DNA from: Pseudanabaenaceae cyanobacterium bins.68
Lineage (GTDB): Bacteria; Cyanobacteriota; Cyanobacteriia; Pseudanabaenales; Pseudanabaenaceae
Length of the DNA: 64,000 nt
Direction: 5' to 3'
Assembly (NCBI GenBank): GCA_033762795.1
Contig: JANRLH010000013.1
Span: 12,172-76,171, forward strand
In this document: piece after piece, positions 18,847 to 26,779 of the stretch
Numbering within the stretch: position 1 is the stretch's first letter
Layout of the letters: every line of letters starts with the position of its first letter
Made by a program: the position numbers and the translations under genes
The notes under the pieces: generated by a model
Seen by the model: the letters and a program-made list of their open reading frames with translations, nothing else
The model's database searches: none
What the model was told of the DNA's origin: nothing

Positions 18847-21078
18847 AGACCAAACTTCATAGTTACCATCAATTTCGGTAAGAATCTGGCCACTGACTCT
18901 GCCAGGTAAGATAGTTACCCAGCGACGACTGCGATCGCCAGTAATTTCACTATAAATGACTTGACCTTCGCTGTTAAAAGCCACAATTGTCGGATAACGG
19001 CGATCGCCCATATCTACCTTCAGTCGATCTAGTTCTAGAACATAGTCTACTTTGCCATCACCACTGAGATCGATCGCTTTGAGATTCCAGCTACTGAATT
19101 GCCGCCTAAATTCTTCCCGCCGCAGAGAAACCTCCCCCAGACTTTGCAATTCCCCATATAGTTCACTACTCATGCGCTCCAAGATGGGCGTAGGCAAATT
19201 AATGGGGGTAGTATCAGTACCAGTAGTAGCAGGCAAAATCCCATTGGTAGTCACGATCGCTGGAATAGAACTCTCCCTGATCCCTTGGCTCACTTCTTTG
19301 CCGCCAGAGAGTAACAGCCTGAGCTTGCCAGTACTACTTACTGCATAGGAATGGGCACGGAGAAAGGCATTATTGCTTAAGCCTAAATTATCCTGAATCA
19401 AGAGGTTGAGGATGTTATTGCGCTTCAGATTCAGTAATTTCCATACTGCGACGGGCGATCGCCCCACCAATTCTGCAAAATTGCCACCTTGCCAAAGGTC
19501 TTGATCCAACATCAAGGTAATCTCAGCCACGTACCAGCTATCTGTCTCTGGTAGGGGTTCGGGGGGAATTGCCCAACCTGCACCTGGCTCTCGGCTAATC
19601 ACTGGCGTTACTGTGCCAAATAGCTGCTGAGGCTGAATTTTAAACGGGAACACATCCAACCGATTGATCAAGTCGATCGCTACAGATTGATCTCCACCTA
19701 GACCATTTAGCCATTTTTTTCCACCTTGCAGTCCCTGACTTGCCATCACCGCGATTGCCCCTGCCTGCTCCGCGATCGCCACATCATCTAGCTTGAGTTT
19801 CTGCACTAGTTCAACCCGACCCAGAATATTGGGTAGATAGGGTTTCACAGCCGCAAATACAGCCCGCGTGTTGGTTTCATTACTTTCCGCGATCGCGATC
19901 GCTCCTTGCCATTTGCCATCTAGCATTTGCAGCAGAGCTTGACGACCTGGATCTTTAGCCTGGGCAAACTGTTCACTCAATAGCTGAGCATGGGCAGCAA
20001 TCAGACCATGCTGTTCCCATACATAATTAGAAAATTCCTGAGACTGCGATCGCAACTCTATGCGAACTTGCTCAAGCCTAGTCAAAGCATCTGACCAGAG
20101 ACCGCCACTAGCCAACACCAGCGCTTGGGCGTAGGAATTGGGCATTCCCAGACCTTCATTCAAGGTGATTTGCCGCAAATCAATCGGCTGCTGGGGATTA
20201 GTAGTCAGTTCTGGTTGGTAGACTTCAAAATCTAACTCCAAATCTTGGTGCTGTTCTAAGATTAGTTGTGGGTCACGACCAGGCACCGCAGGCTTAGCTG
20301 GATCTCGTTCCAGAGTCCAAGCCGAGGCCAGTTGCAACAGGTTTTGCCAACGGGGGGGCTTCGGGCCACTCCATTCGGTCAGAATTGTTAGGGATGGACG
20401 CGGCTGAGCTACATAGCCCAACACCAAACCATACTCGGTTTTACCCCTAGTGCCACTGGCAATTAGCCATCTACCATACCTGGGAGCCTCGCCCTCAATT
20501 AACTGCAACTGCTTGAGTGGGAAACTCTCTCCCTTCAAGCTGACTTTACCTTGACCAAACCGCCGGCGGGGCTTCAGCACAAACCAGTCATCTAGGTTAT
20601 CTACCTCCACTCGACTAACTAGCTGCAGCTTTTTGGAATTAGGCCGAGTTTGGTAAGCTCTAATTTCCCGCATTTCTTGGCTAACTTGATCCAAAACTGG
20701 GTAAATCATAATTGGGTCAGCAGCACGCTGCCTTTGTCGATCTTCGCCAAAGTCTAATCCCTTACCTAGCACCCGCTCACTATCTTTAAGTTGGGCATTG
20801 ATTTCTTCGAGGGTGAGGGGAGGCTCCAAACCATAGGCAGGCAGACTGGGAGCCTCAGAAGAGACCAGCCAGTAAAAATTCACTGGATCAGTCAAGACTT
20901 TGAACGCCAAAAAAATCACCAAACCCAAGATGGGAATTGACAATAGCAATAGAGTACGGCTGACCGAAAAATTCAGGGATTGAAAAGTCTGAATAACTGG
21001 CTTGAACCCCAACCTTGACAACCTTTGAGCTGGATCAACTAAATCTGGGTCAGGCAGAATATCTTTCTGGGGGGGCAT
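18838..21078 (-). CDS. Large membrane-anchored hypothetical protein (746 aa) with FG-GAP-like C-terminus
   Basis: A long uninterrupted ORF. One N-terminal TM segment (TLLLLSIPILGLVIFLAFKVL). C-terminal DLSGDGKVDYVLELD is a Ca-binding FG-GAP/VCBS-like motif. The rest is unassigned. Confidence 0.7.
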   Translation of the reverse strand: MPPQKDILPDPDLVDPAQRLSRLGFKPVIQTFQSLNFSVSRTLLLLSIPILGLVIFLAFKVLTDPVNFYWLVSSEAPSLPAYGLEPPLTLEEINAQLKDSERVLGKGLDFGEDRQRQRAADPIMIYPVLDQVSQEMREIRAYQTRPNSKKLQLVSRVEVDNLDDWFVLKPRRRFGQGKVSLKGESFPLKQLQLIEGEAPRYGRWLIASGTRGKTEYGLVLGYVAQPRPSLTILTEWSGPKPPRWQNLLQLASAWTLERDPAKPAVPGRDPQLILEQHQDLELDFEVYQPELTTNPQQPIDLRQITLNEGLGMPNSYAQALVLASGGLWSDALTRLEQVRIELRSQSQEFSNYVWEQHGLIAAHAQLLSEQFAQAKDPGRQALLQMLDGKWQGAIAIAESNETNTRAVFAAVKPYLPNILGRVELVQKLKLDDVAIAEQAGAIAVMASQGLQGGKKWLNGLGGDQSVAIDLINRLDVFPFKIQPQQLFGTVTPVISREPGAGWAIPPEPLPETDSWYVAEITLMLDQDLWQGGNFAELVGRSPVAVWKLLNLKRNNILNLLIQDNLGLSNNAFLRAHSYAVSSTGKLRLLLSGGKEVSQGIRESSIPAIVTTNGILPATTGTDTTPINLPTPILERMSSELYGELQSLGEVSLRREEFRRQFSSWNLKAIDLSGDGKVDYVLELDRLKVDMGDRRYPTIVAFNSEGQVIYSEITGDRSRRWVTILPGRVSGQILTEIDGNYEVWSLP

Positions 21079-21151
21079 TTCAATTGCTTAAATGGCAAGA
21101 AAGGGTTGAGGTGAAAATTCTAGCCTGGATTGATCCCTGCTTGGCAGGTTG

Positions 21152-21979
21152 CTACTTGGCAGATAGCTGGAACACCTGGGGGTTTTTAGCCATATTTTTA
21201 GCCACCCTGGTTAAGCTTTCGCTAAAGCGACGGTTGGTTGGCTGCTCCCTTGGCTCTTTCTGGGCTTCTAGCTGGGCAAGTTGATTCAATAGGCTAGAAA
21301 TTTGGGCTTGATCACCAGCATCAAGGGCAGCAGCTAGAGCATCATACCAAAAACCGGCCTTGGCATAGGCTTCTACTCTAGCGCCCGCTACATTTGTCAG
21401 GCCAAGACTGCGCTCTAGGTCAGACGAGCGCTCCAGCACCTGTAGGGGAATACGAAACCAAGCAGACTTGGCAGGAGTATCAGCGATCGCTACCACTTGC
21501 CAGGCATAGGTCTTACCAGGTTGGAGCGTATTCTCAGGTAACCTAAACCTGTTGATTCCTGGCTGGGCATTAAGCTGTTGAGTAAATAGGGGCACAGGCT
21601 GTAATCTACTACCACCCAAGTCATATTCATAGATACTTAGCTGTACAGACACAGAGTTGCAGTTATGGGTGTACCAAACCAAACTGGGGCGATCGCTCAC
21701 AGTGCTGCCCATATGGCTAGCGGGAGCTAGAGCTACCAGCCCCAAAAACTCCCCATTTAGGTCAGAATTTGTCGCCGGCAAGATCAATTGTTTTTTGGTC
21801 TCAGGCTTGGCTAACTCACAGGCAGAGCGACGACCTGCAGTTCCACCCCGAGCGCGTGGAGGTACTTGATCAGTAGGTGGCACATAGGCAGCAAAAGTTG
21901 GCAGGGATATTAATGTGACCACTACTGGGCTGAGGAGATTGACCAGGATCGCCTTAATCGAACAGAGCATATGACTCAT
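21152..21979 (-). CDS. Secreted DUF928-like protein
   Basis: Signal-like N-terminus (LSPVVVTLISLPTFAAYVPP) then PPRARGGTAGRRSAC, resembling the conserved P-x-R-x-x-GG-x-R block of DUF928 (from memory), 275 aa. Confidence 0.65.
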   Translation of the reverse strand: MSHMLCSIKAILVNLLSPVVVTLISLPTFAAYVPPTDQVPPRARGGTAGRRSACELAKPETKKQLILPATNSDLNGEFLGLVALAPASHMGSTVSDRPSLVWYTHNCNSVSVQLSIYEYDLGGSRLQPVPLFTQQLNAQPGINRFRLPENTLQPGKTYAWQVVAIADTPAKSAWFRIPLQVLERSSDLERSLGLTNVAGARVEAYAKAGFWYDALAAALDAGDQAQISSLLNQLAQLEAQKEPREQPTNRRFSESLTRVAKNMAKNPQVFQLSAK

Positions 21980-22071
21980 AAAAGATGCACCTATAGATAA
22001 TTTAACTACAAACTACTAGCAATTTGGTCAAAACTTGTGAAGAACCGAGTTTTACAACTCAAACCTAAATT

Positions 22072-22119
22072 GAGCGAATCTCTGAGTGAATCTCTAAGCG
22101 AGTCACCGAGCGAATCTAA
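22072..22119. repeat. Four tandem 12-bp units (GAGCGAATCTCT / GAGTGAATCTCT / AAGCGAGTCACC / GAGCGAATCTAA)
   Basis: Read directly, in the 531-bp intergenic region upstream of the ParA-like gene. Confidence 0.75.
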
Positions 22120-22370
22120 GGGGATAATCTGGGCAAAATTAGTAAGGATGGGAGTTGAGCCTTTTGCTAATTGCAATCTGATCGAAGGGCTATTAAAAAG
22201 GGGGGAATAATTACGCTGGTTTTAGACCACGTTTGCGCAAGCTTGGATTTGAAGCAGCGCTTACGCTCAAATCTGCAGTATACCTACATAAGATCTTAAG
22301 CTGACTCTCTGGGTTTATGCATTCTGCTTTGCGTAGATCTAATTGCCACAGAGTTACAAGGAGGCTAGAT

Positions 22371-22412
22371 CAACATTACTCAGTGTGATTTGGGAAGTTT
22401 TGCGTAAGTTCT
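22371..22412 (+). repeat. Internally deleted derivative of the AGGACTTACGCA-type MITE
   Basis: CAACATTACTCAGTGTGATTTGGGAAG resembles the 5' ~30 nt of the diverged copy at 46541..46672 (reverse complement CAGGATTTATGCAGTCTGATTTGGGAAG). It is joined directly to TTTTGCGTAAGTTCT, which resembles the 3' TIR. A further 3'-end fragment GGTTTTAGACCACGTTTGCGCAAG lies at 22218..22241. Confidence 0.45.
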
Positions 22413-22510
22413 GATTAATATTAAATAAATCTTTAATTTTTATGCCAAAAAAACCACAACTCTGGTAACCTGTGTGGAGAGGGCTAACTTTAAGTTAAAG
22501 GTTTTTTTGA

Positions 22511-23308
22511 ATGGCTAGGGTCATAGCATTCACCAACAATAAAGGAGGCACTGGCAAATCCACCCTGTGTTCCAATTCAGCCCACATTGTTGCCAATAGC
22601 GGTGCCAGGGTACTGATTGTAGACTTAACTTCCCAAACCACCTGTACAACCCTATTCCTAGGCAGTGGTCATCAACTGAAGGAATCTGATACGGTGATGG
22701 CATTTTTGAAAAAGCGTCCAGATCGCCACCTAGAAGATTTAATTTTTGAAAGTGAAAAGGGCTTAGATATTGTGCCTGCTCACGTTTCCATGTCAGAGGC
22801 AGTAACCCAACTCTCGGCCATGCAGATGGGCAAAGAAACAGTGCTAAAACGAGAAGTTGATCGGGTGCTGCCCCATTATGACTACATATTCATTGATAGC
22901 CCTGGGGATTTGAACGAACTCACTGCCAATGCTCTGGTACCAGCCCATTTAGTTTTTATCCCAACTCGACTCAATCGCACTGATTTTCAATGTACAGAAA
23001 CCACCCTGCGCTTTATTAAAGAAGCAGAATCTTTTATTGGTGCTCGCACTGCCAGAGTGGTAATCAATATGTTGGATGATCGCTATTTACCTGGAGAGGC
23101 CTGGTCAACCTCTCATACGGGCGAACTATATCGCCAAGCCAAAATTGAGTTTGAGCAGATTTTGTGTGGCGTGACCATTCCCGATAGTGCTGATATTAGG
23201 ACTGCTTTTGATCGGGGGTTGACAATCGTAGAGCATCGACCACAGAGCTTGGCTACCAAACGAATTACCGCCTTCGTGGAAAGTGAGGTATTTAGTGAAC
23301 GAGTCTAA
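22511..23308 (+). CDS. ParA/MinD-family P-loop ATPase (orphan; McdA-like candidate)
   Basis: Deviant Walker A with signature Lys (FTNNKGGTGKSTL), A' box RVLIVDLTSQ, Walker B YDYIFIDSPGD, 265 aa. No MinD-type C-terminal amphipathic helix recognised. Confidence 0.9.
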   Translation: MARVIAFTNNKGGTGKSTLCSNSAHIVANSGARVLIVDLTSQTTCTTLFLGSGHQLKESDTVMAFLKKRPDRHLEDLIFESEKGLDIVPAHVSMSEAVTQLSAMQMGKETVLKREVDRVLPHYDYIFIDSPGDLNELTANALVPAHLVFIPTRLNRTDFQCTETTLRFIKEAESFIGARTARVVINMLDDRYLPGEAWSTSHTGELYRQAKIEFEQILCGVTIPDSADIRTAFDRGLTIVEHRPQSLATKRITAFVESEVFSERV

Positions 23309-24146
23309 TTTGGCGAAGGGGCTGTTTGGAGCTAAACCGAAAAAGTCGGGTCGCAAGGGGGGGAAGGCTGACCCAGAGATTACGCTCCCACTGTCACAAT
23401 CTCAGGCACAATCTCAGGCACAAGATCCCATATACCTAGCTGAGAGTTGTGAGAGTTCTGATCATAAGTCCAGTTCTGGCTGTGAGAATTTCTTGGCATA
23501 TACTGACAGTTGGGTTGAGCCTGGAGTTGGTCGTCAAACCCCCAAAAAGTCCACTAGAGTAAAGCCCAATCTCAATGCTGAGTTTAAGCCTAAACCTAAA
23601 CAGCCAGATGAGCAAGGGCATGAGCAAATCATGGTCACAGCTTTAGAAGCAGAGGTTAAGTTATTAAAGCTGGAGTTGGTGCAAAAGCAGCAAGTTGAGC
23701 AGCAACTACGGCAGCAAAATCAACAGATGCAGCTAGAGTTGGAAGCCAAACAAGCCAGTCTGATGATGTTGCAGCGATCGCTCCAGGAAGTAACTGCCCA
23801 GCTAGATCAACCCAGCGATCGACTAGTTGAGTTGGAGTCCCAGGTGGTAGAGTTGCAGGAGCAGGTTCTAAAACAGGCGGGGCAAGCGGCAGAGTATGAG
23901 GCAGCCATTCAACACTGGAAAGAGCAATCTTTACATCACCAGCGCCATGCTCTCCAACTGAGTGGCGCTCTAGAGCGGCTGATGGATGAGCAGAAGAGCG
24001 GCAAGCGCACTACTAAGCTAGAAAAAGAGTTGGCGAATTTCGCTCCCAATGGGCCTAAACCTCTAGCCGAGCCTGAGGAAACCAAGCCCAGTGGCAAGGT
24101 GAATTTGCCTTCTTTCCTGATGCGCCAACGTCCCGCCTTGAGTTAA
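23283..24146 (+). CDS. Q-rich coiled-coil partner protein of the ParA-like ATPase (McdB-like architecture)
   Basis: The ORF-track start is GTG 23283, a 26-nt overlap with the ATPase gene. In-frame alternatives are GTG 23295 and TTG 23310, which begins 1 nt after the ATPase stop at 23308. Basic N-terminal peptide GAKPKKSGRKGGK, ~115 aa of low complexity, a ~120-aa heptad Q-rich segment (KQQVEQQLRQQNQQMQLELEAKQ..), and a Pro/Lys-rich tail. Confidence 0.75.
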   Translation: MRYLVNESNLAKGLFGAKPKKSGRKGGKADPEITLPLSQSQAQSQAQDPIYLAESCESSDHKSSSGCENFLAYTDSWVEPGVGRQTPKKSTRVKPNLNAEFKPKPKQPDEQGHEQIMVTALEAEVKLLKLELVQKQQVEQQLRQQNQQMQLELEAKQASLMMLQRSLQEVTAQLDQPSDRLVELESQVVELQEQVLKQAGQAAEYEAAIQHWKEQSLHHQRHALQLSGALERLMDEQKSGKRTTKLEKELANFAPNGPKPLAEPEETKPSGKVNLPSFLMRQRPALS

Positions 24147-24243
24147 GGGCGCATCAACCCAGGTGATGCTGGAGTAAAATTCTGGGGTAAAATTAGCTAC
24201 TCTGGCTGAATCGTTAAAGTTCTAGATGGAATAATATAGAAAC

Positions 24244-24933
24244 ATGAATGTAGAAGAGACTTTACCTAATTCTGATCAAAATTTTAGTGAGGTAGATTTA
24301 GAGGAAATTCGGGATGAAGATGAGATTGAGCTAGAAAATTCTCTCCAACAACTGGCGGAACAAACCGAGTCTGCTCCAGAAAATCAACCTGTGCAACCAG
24401 ATCAGCCTGTACCTACTCAAACTGCCCCAGACCTGAATCATTTGGCAAAGATTGAAGCGCTGATTTCGGAGTCGGTGGGGTTGCGGGCGCAGCTAGATGA
24501 TCGACAAGCCCAGTATGCTAGGCTCTACGCTGATTTTGAAAATTTCCGCAAGCGCACCCTCAGGGAAAAGGAAGAAGAGGAGGAAAAGAACACCAGCAAA
24601 ATCTTGAAAAAATTTCTGCCTGTGGTAGATGATTTTGAGCGGGCTAAATTGCAGATTAAGCCTAAAACTGACGCGGAAGCTAATATTCACAATAGCTATC
24701 AGTCGGTGTATAAGCAGTTGGTGAAGTGCTTACAGGAGGTGGGCTTGGTGCGAATGGAAACGGTGGGTCAAGAGTTCGATCCAAATTTGCATGAAGCGAT
24801 CGCTCAAGAACCAACCAGTGAATTTGCTGAGGGTGCAGTCATGGCTGAGTTACGCTCCGGCTTTTTGTTGGCAGATAAGGTGTTACGCCATGCGCTAGTG
24901 AAGGTAGCAGCCGCACCTAGTGAGGAGAGCTAG
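24244..24933 (+). CDS. grpE: Nucleotide exchange factor GrpE
   Basis: QYARLYADFENFRKRTLREKEE and C-terminal GQEFDPNLHEAIAQE..VLRHALVKV, 229 aa. Confidence 0.93.
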   Translation: MNVEETLPNSDQNFSEVDLEEIRDEDEIELENSLQQLAEQTESAPENQPVQPDQPVPTQTAPDLNHLAKIEALISESVGLRAQLDDRQAQYARLYADFENFRKRTLREKEEEEEKNTSKILKKFLPVVDDFERAKLQIKPKTDAEANIHNSYQSVYKQLVKCLQEVGLVRMETVGQEFDPNLHEAIAQEPTSEFAEGAVMAELRSGFLLADKVLRHALVKVAAAPSEES

Positions 24934-26278
24934 CTGCTTTAATCCAGTCCTGGGCTAGCTGTTTGGCCTGATCTAAGCTACCGATCTGATTCTCTAGGGC
25001 GGCTGTTCTAAGTAGTTGGAGCAGTTCACCTACAAATTTACCCCTGGGGCAGCCAAGTTGAATCAGGGCTGTACCATCCAGGGGCGACTGAATTTGCCGC
25101 CATTGATGAAAGTATTGCCAAATCAGACGTCGTTGATAGCGATCGCTAGTCTTGGTAGCATGGATCAGTAAGCTGAGGGGATGAAATTTTTCAAGCTGCT
25201 TGACTAGGCGTGAGGCTGAGTGGGAATAGCAGAACTCTGCTCTGGTCAGTTGCCCAACTTGACTGAGTTGGCTGAGTTGGAGGCCAGAAAGCTGAAGGTT
25301 TGGGGCTTGGTTGGGTGTTTGAGCAAACAATCTGCCTAAATCGCTGAGTAAAAATAAAAAATTGCGTTCTGGGGCTTGCTGGCTGAAATCCCCAAAAAAA
25401 CTGGGGAACCAGTACTGCCATCGCTGCCATCGCTGCCAACTAGTTTTAAACCGTGGGTCGAGGGGGAAAGGATCATAAATGCAGCCGAGACCACCCAGTC
25501 CAGCCAGCGATCGCCACATTTGGCTAGTTTGGGCAGGGGAAAATGCCAAAAGATAGTAGATTTCAGCCTTGAGCCGGCTGCCACCAATACCAGCGTGAAT
25601 CCCAGAGGCAGTAGTTTGACGAATTTCTAGCTCAGTGTGGGGATGGAGTTGGAAGCTAAATCTGACGGCAAATCTGACCGCACGATAGATTCTGCGTGGA
25701 TCTTCGATAAAGCTACCTGGACGGATAGCTCGAATTTGCTTTTGATCTAGGTCTGAAATCCCCTGGTGAGGGTCGATAATTTCTAAGTGATCTTGAGTGG
25801 TGAGGGGGATCGCGATCGCATTGATGGTGAAATCACGGCGCTGTAGATCTTGAAGCAGGCTGGCAGCCTCAACTTGGGGGTTAGCTCCAGGATAACTATA
25901 GATTTCGGTTCTGGCAGTGGCTAAGTCTAGGGTGAAGTTATGACCAGTTGCAGCTACTTGCCAAATTAGCTCAGCAGTTTGGAACTTTTCATGGATCTGT
26001 AGCTGGCTGGCAGGATAAAGCCGATGTAGAGCGATCGCAATTAAAATCCCAGCCCGATCCCTGCCAGCAACAACTAAATCCAGGTCAGGCCATTCTGGGT
26101 TTGCAATGGCTGGATTTGTAGCGGGGTGGCTTATTAACTGGCTTAGTAACAACCAGTCTCTGACGATCCCGCCGACGGCGTAGATTTGCAAATCATACCC
26201 TTGAGCGATCGCTAGGGCATCAGTCAATACCTGGCGCTGGTAAGGATTAAAATTGGTGGCTAGCCAAGCCTTAGACAA
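24917..26278 (-). CDS. cca: CCA-adding enzyme / poly(A) polymerase-family tRNA nucleotidyltransferase
   Basis: IYAVGGIVRDWLL..DLDLVV head-domain motif, RRDFTINAIA, EDPRRIYRAVRF, 453 aa. Confidence 0.85.
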   Translation of the reverse strand: MSKAWLATNFNPYQRQVLTDALAIAQGYDLQIYAVGGIVRDWLLLSQLISHPATNPAIANPEWPDLDLVVAGRDRAGILIAIALHRLYPASQLQIHEKFQTAELIWQVAATGHNFTLDLATARTEIYSYPGANPQVEAASLLQDLQRRDFTINAIAIPLTTQDHLEIIDPHQGISDLDQKQIRAIRPGSFIEDPRRIYRAVRFAVRFSFQLHPHTELEIRQTTASGIHAGIGGSRLKAEIYYLLAFSPAQTSQMWRSLAGLGGLGCIYDPFPLDPRFKTSWQRWQRWQYWFPSFFGDFSQQAPERNFLFLLSDLGRLFAQTPNQAPNLQLSGLQLSQLSQVGQLTRAEFCYSHSASRLVKQLEKFHPLSLLIHATKTSDRYQRRLIWQYFHQWRQIQSPLDGTALIQLGCPRGKFVGELLQLLRTAALENQIGSLDQAKQLAQDWIKAASSPH

Positions 26279-26283
26279 GATAA

Positions 26284-26598
26284 CTAGAGCTTAACTTCAA
26301 TGTCTACACCAGAAGCTAAATCTAGCTTCATCAAGGCATCAATGGTTTTGGGGGAAGGCTGGTAAATGTCGATGATGCGGCTGTGGGTGCGAGTTTCAAA
26401 ATGTTCGCGGGAATCTTTGTCTACGTGGGGCGATCGCAAGACACAATAGATTCGGCGCTTGGTGGGCATGGGAATAGGACCGATCGCTACGGCATTAGTG
26501 CGGTTGGCAGTGTCTACGATCTTTTCACAGGAAGCATCTAGCAGTTTATGATCAAATGCCTTGAGCCGAATTCTAATCTTTTGTTGAAGGGTTGCCAC
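26284..26598 (-). CDS. rpsJ: 30S ribosomal protein S10
   Basis: [54 protein letters not shown], 104 aa, GTG start. Confidence 0.95.
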   Translation of the reverse strand: MATLQQKIRIRLKAFDHKLLDASCEKIVDTANRTNAVAIGPIPMPTKRRIYCVLRSPHVDKDSREHFETRTHSRIIDIYQPSPKTIDALMKLDLASGVDIEVKL

Positions 26599-26779
26599 GG
26601 GAAATAAATCTTTAATTTAACAGCATTTCTTACTGTAACATGGCTTTATCTAAAAGTCTGATTTTTTCTGGGGATCAATCTTAAGCCTAGCTTAACCCCA
26701 AACTTCGCTAGGATGCTTTAGTCTAGCTAAGAAATTGCAACTAAAAATCGCTTAGTGTAGCTGAAATTACATCTCTCCC

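Noticed and set aside
22037-22210. 57-aa ORF (GTG start) encoding (LSES)3-PSES from the 12-bp tandem repeats.
   Set aside because: The repeat periodicity alone creates the open frame. Its 3' half runs into MITE-like debris, and there is no SD or recognisable fold. I treat it as non-coding, though it is noted under the repeat finding.
22423-22439. Exact 17-mer AAATAAATCTTTAATTT shared with 26602..26618 (immediately upstream of the rpsJ start codon, opposite strand).
   Set aside because: For a 64-kb window searched on both strands, roughly 0.2-0.5 chance 17-mer matches are expected even before allowing for AT-rich bias. The flanks do not align.
24147-24243. Looked for a CIRCE heat-shock operator (TTAGCACTC-N9-GAGTGCTAA) upstream of grpE.
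   Set aside because: Only a weak half-site-like TTAGCTACTC is present, with no inverted partner.
25400-25440. Short tandem CCATCGCTG duplication inside cca, encoding WQRWQRWQ.
   Set aside because: It is a two-unit in-frame duplication within a coding region, consistent with simple slippage. There is no further structure.
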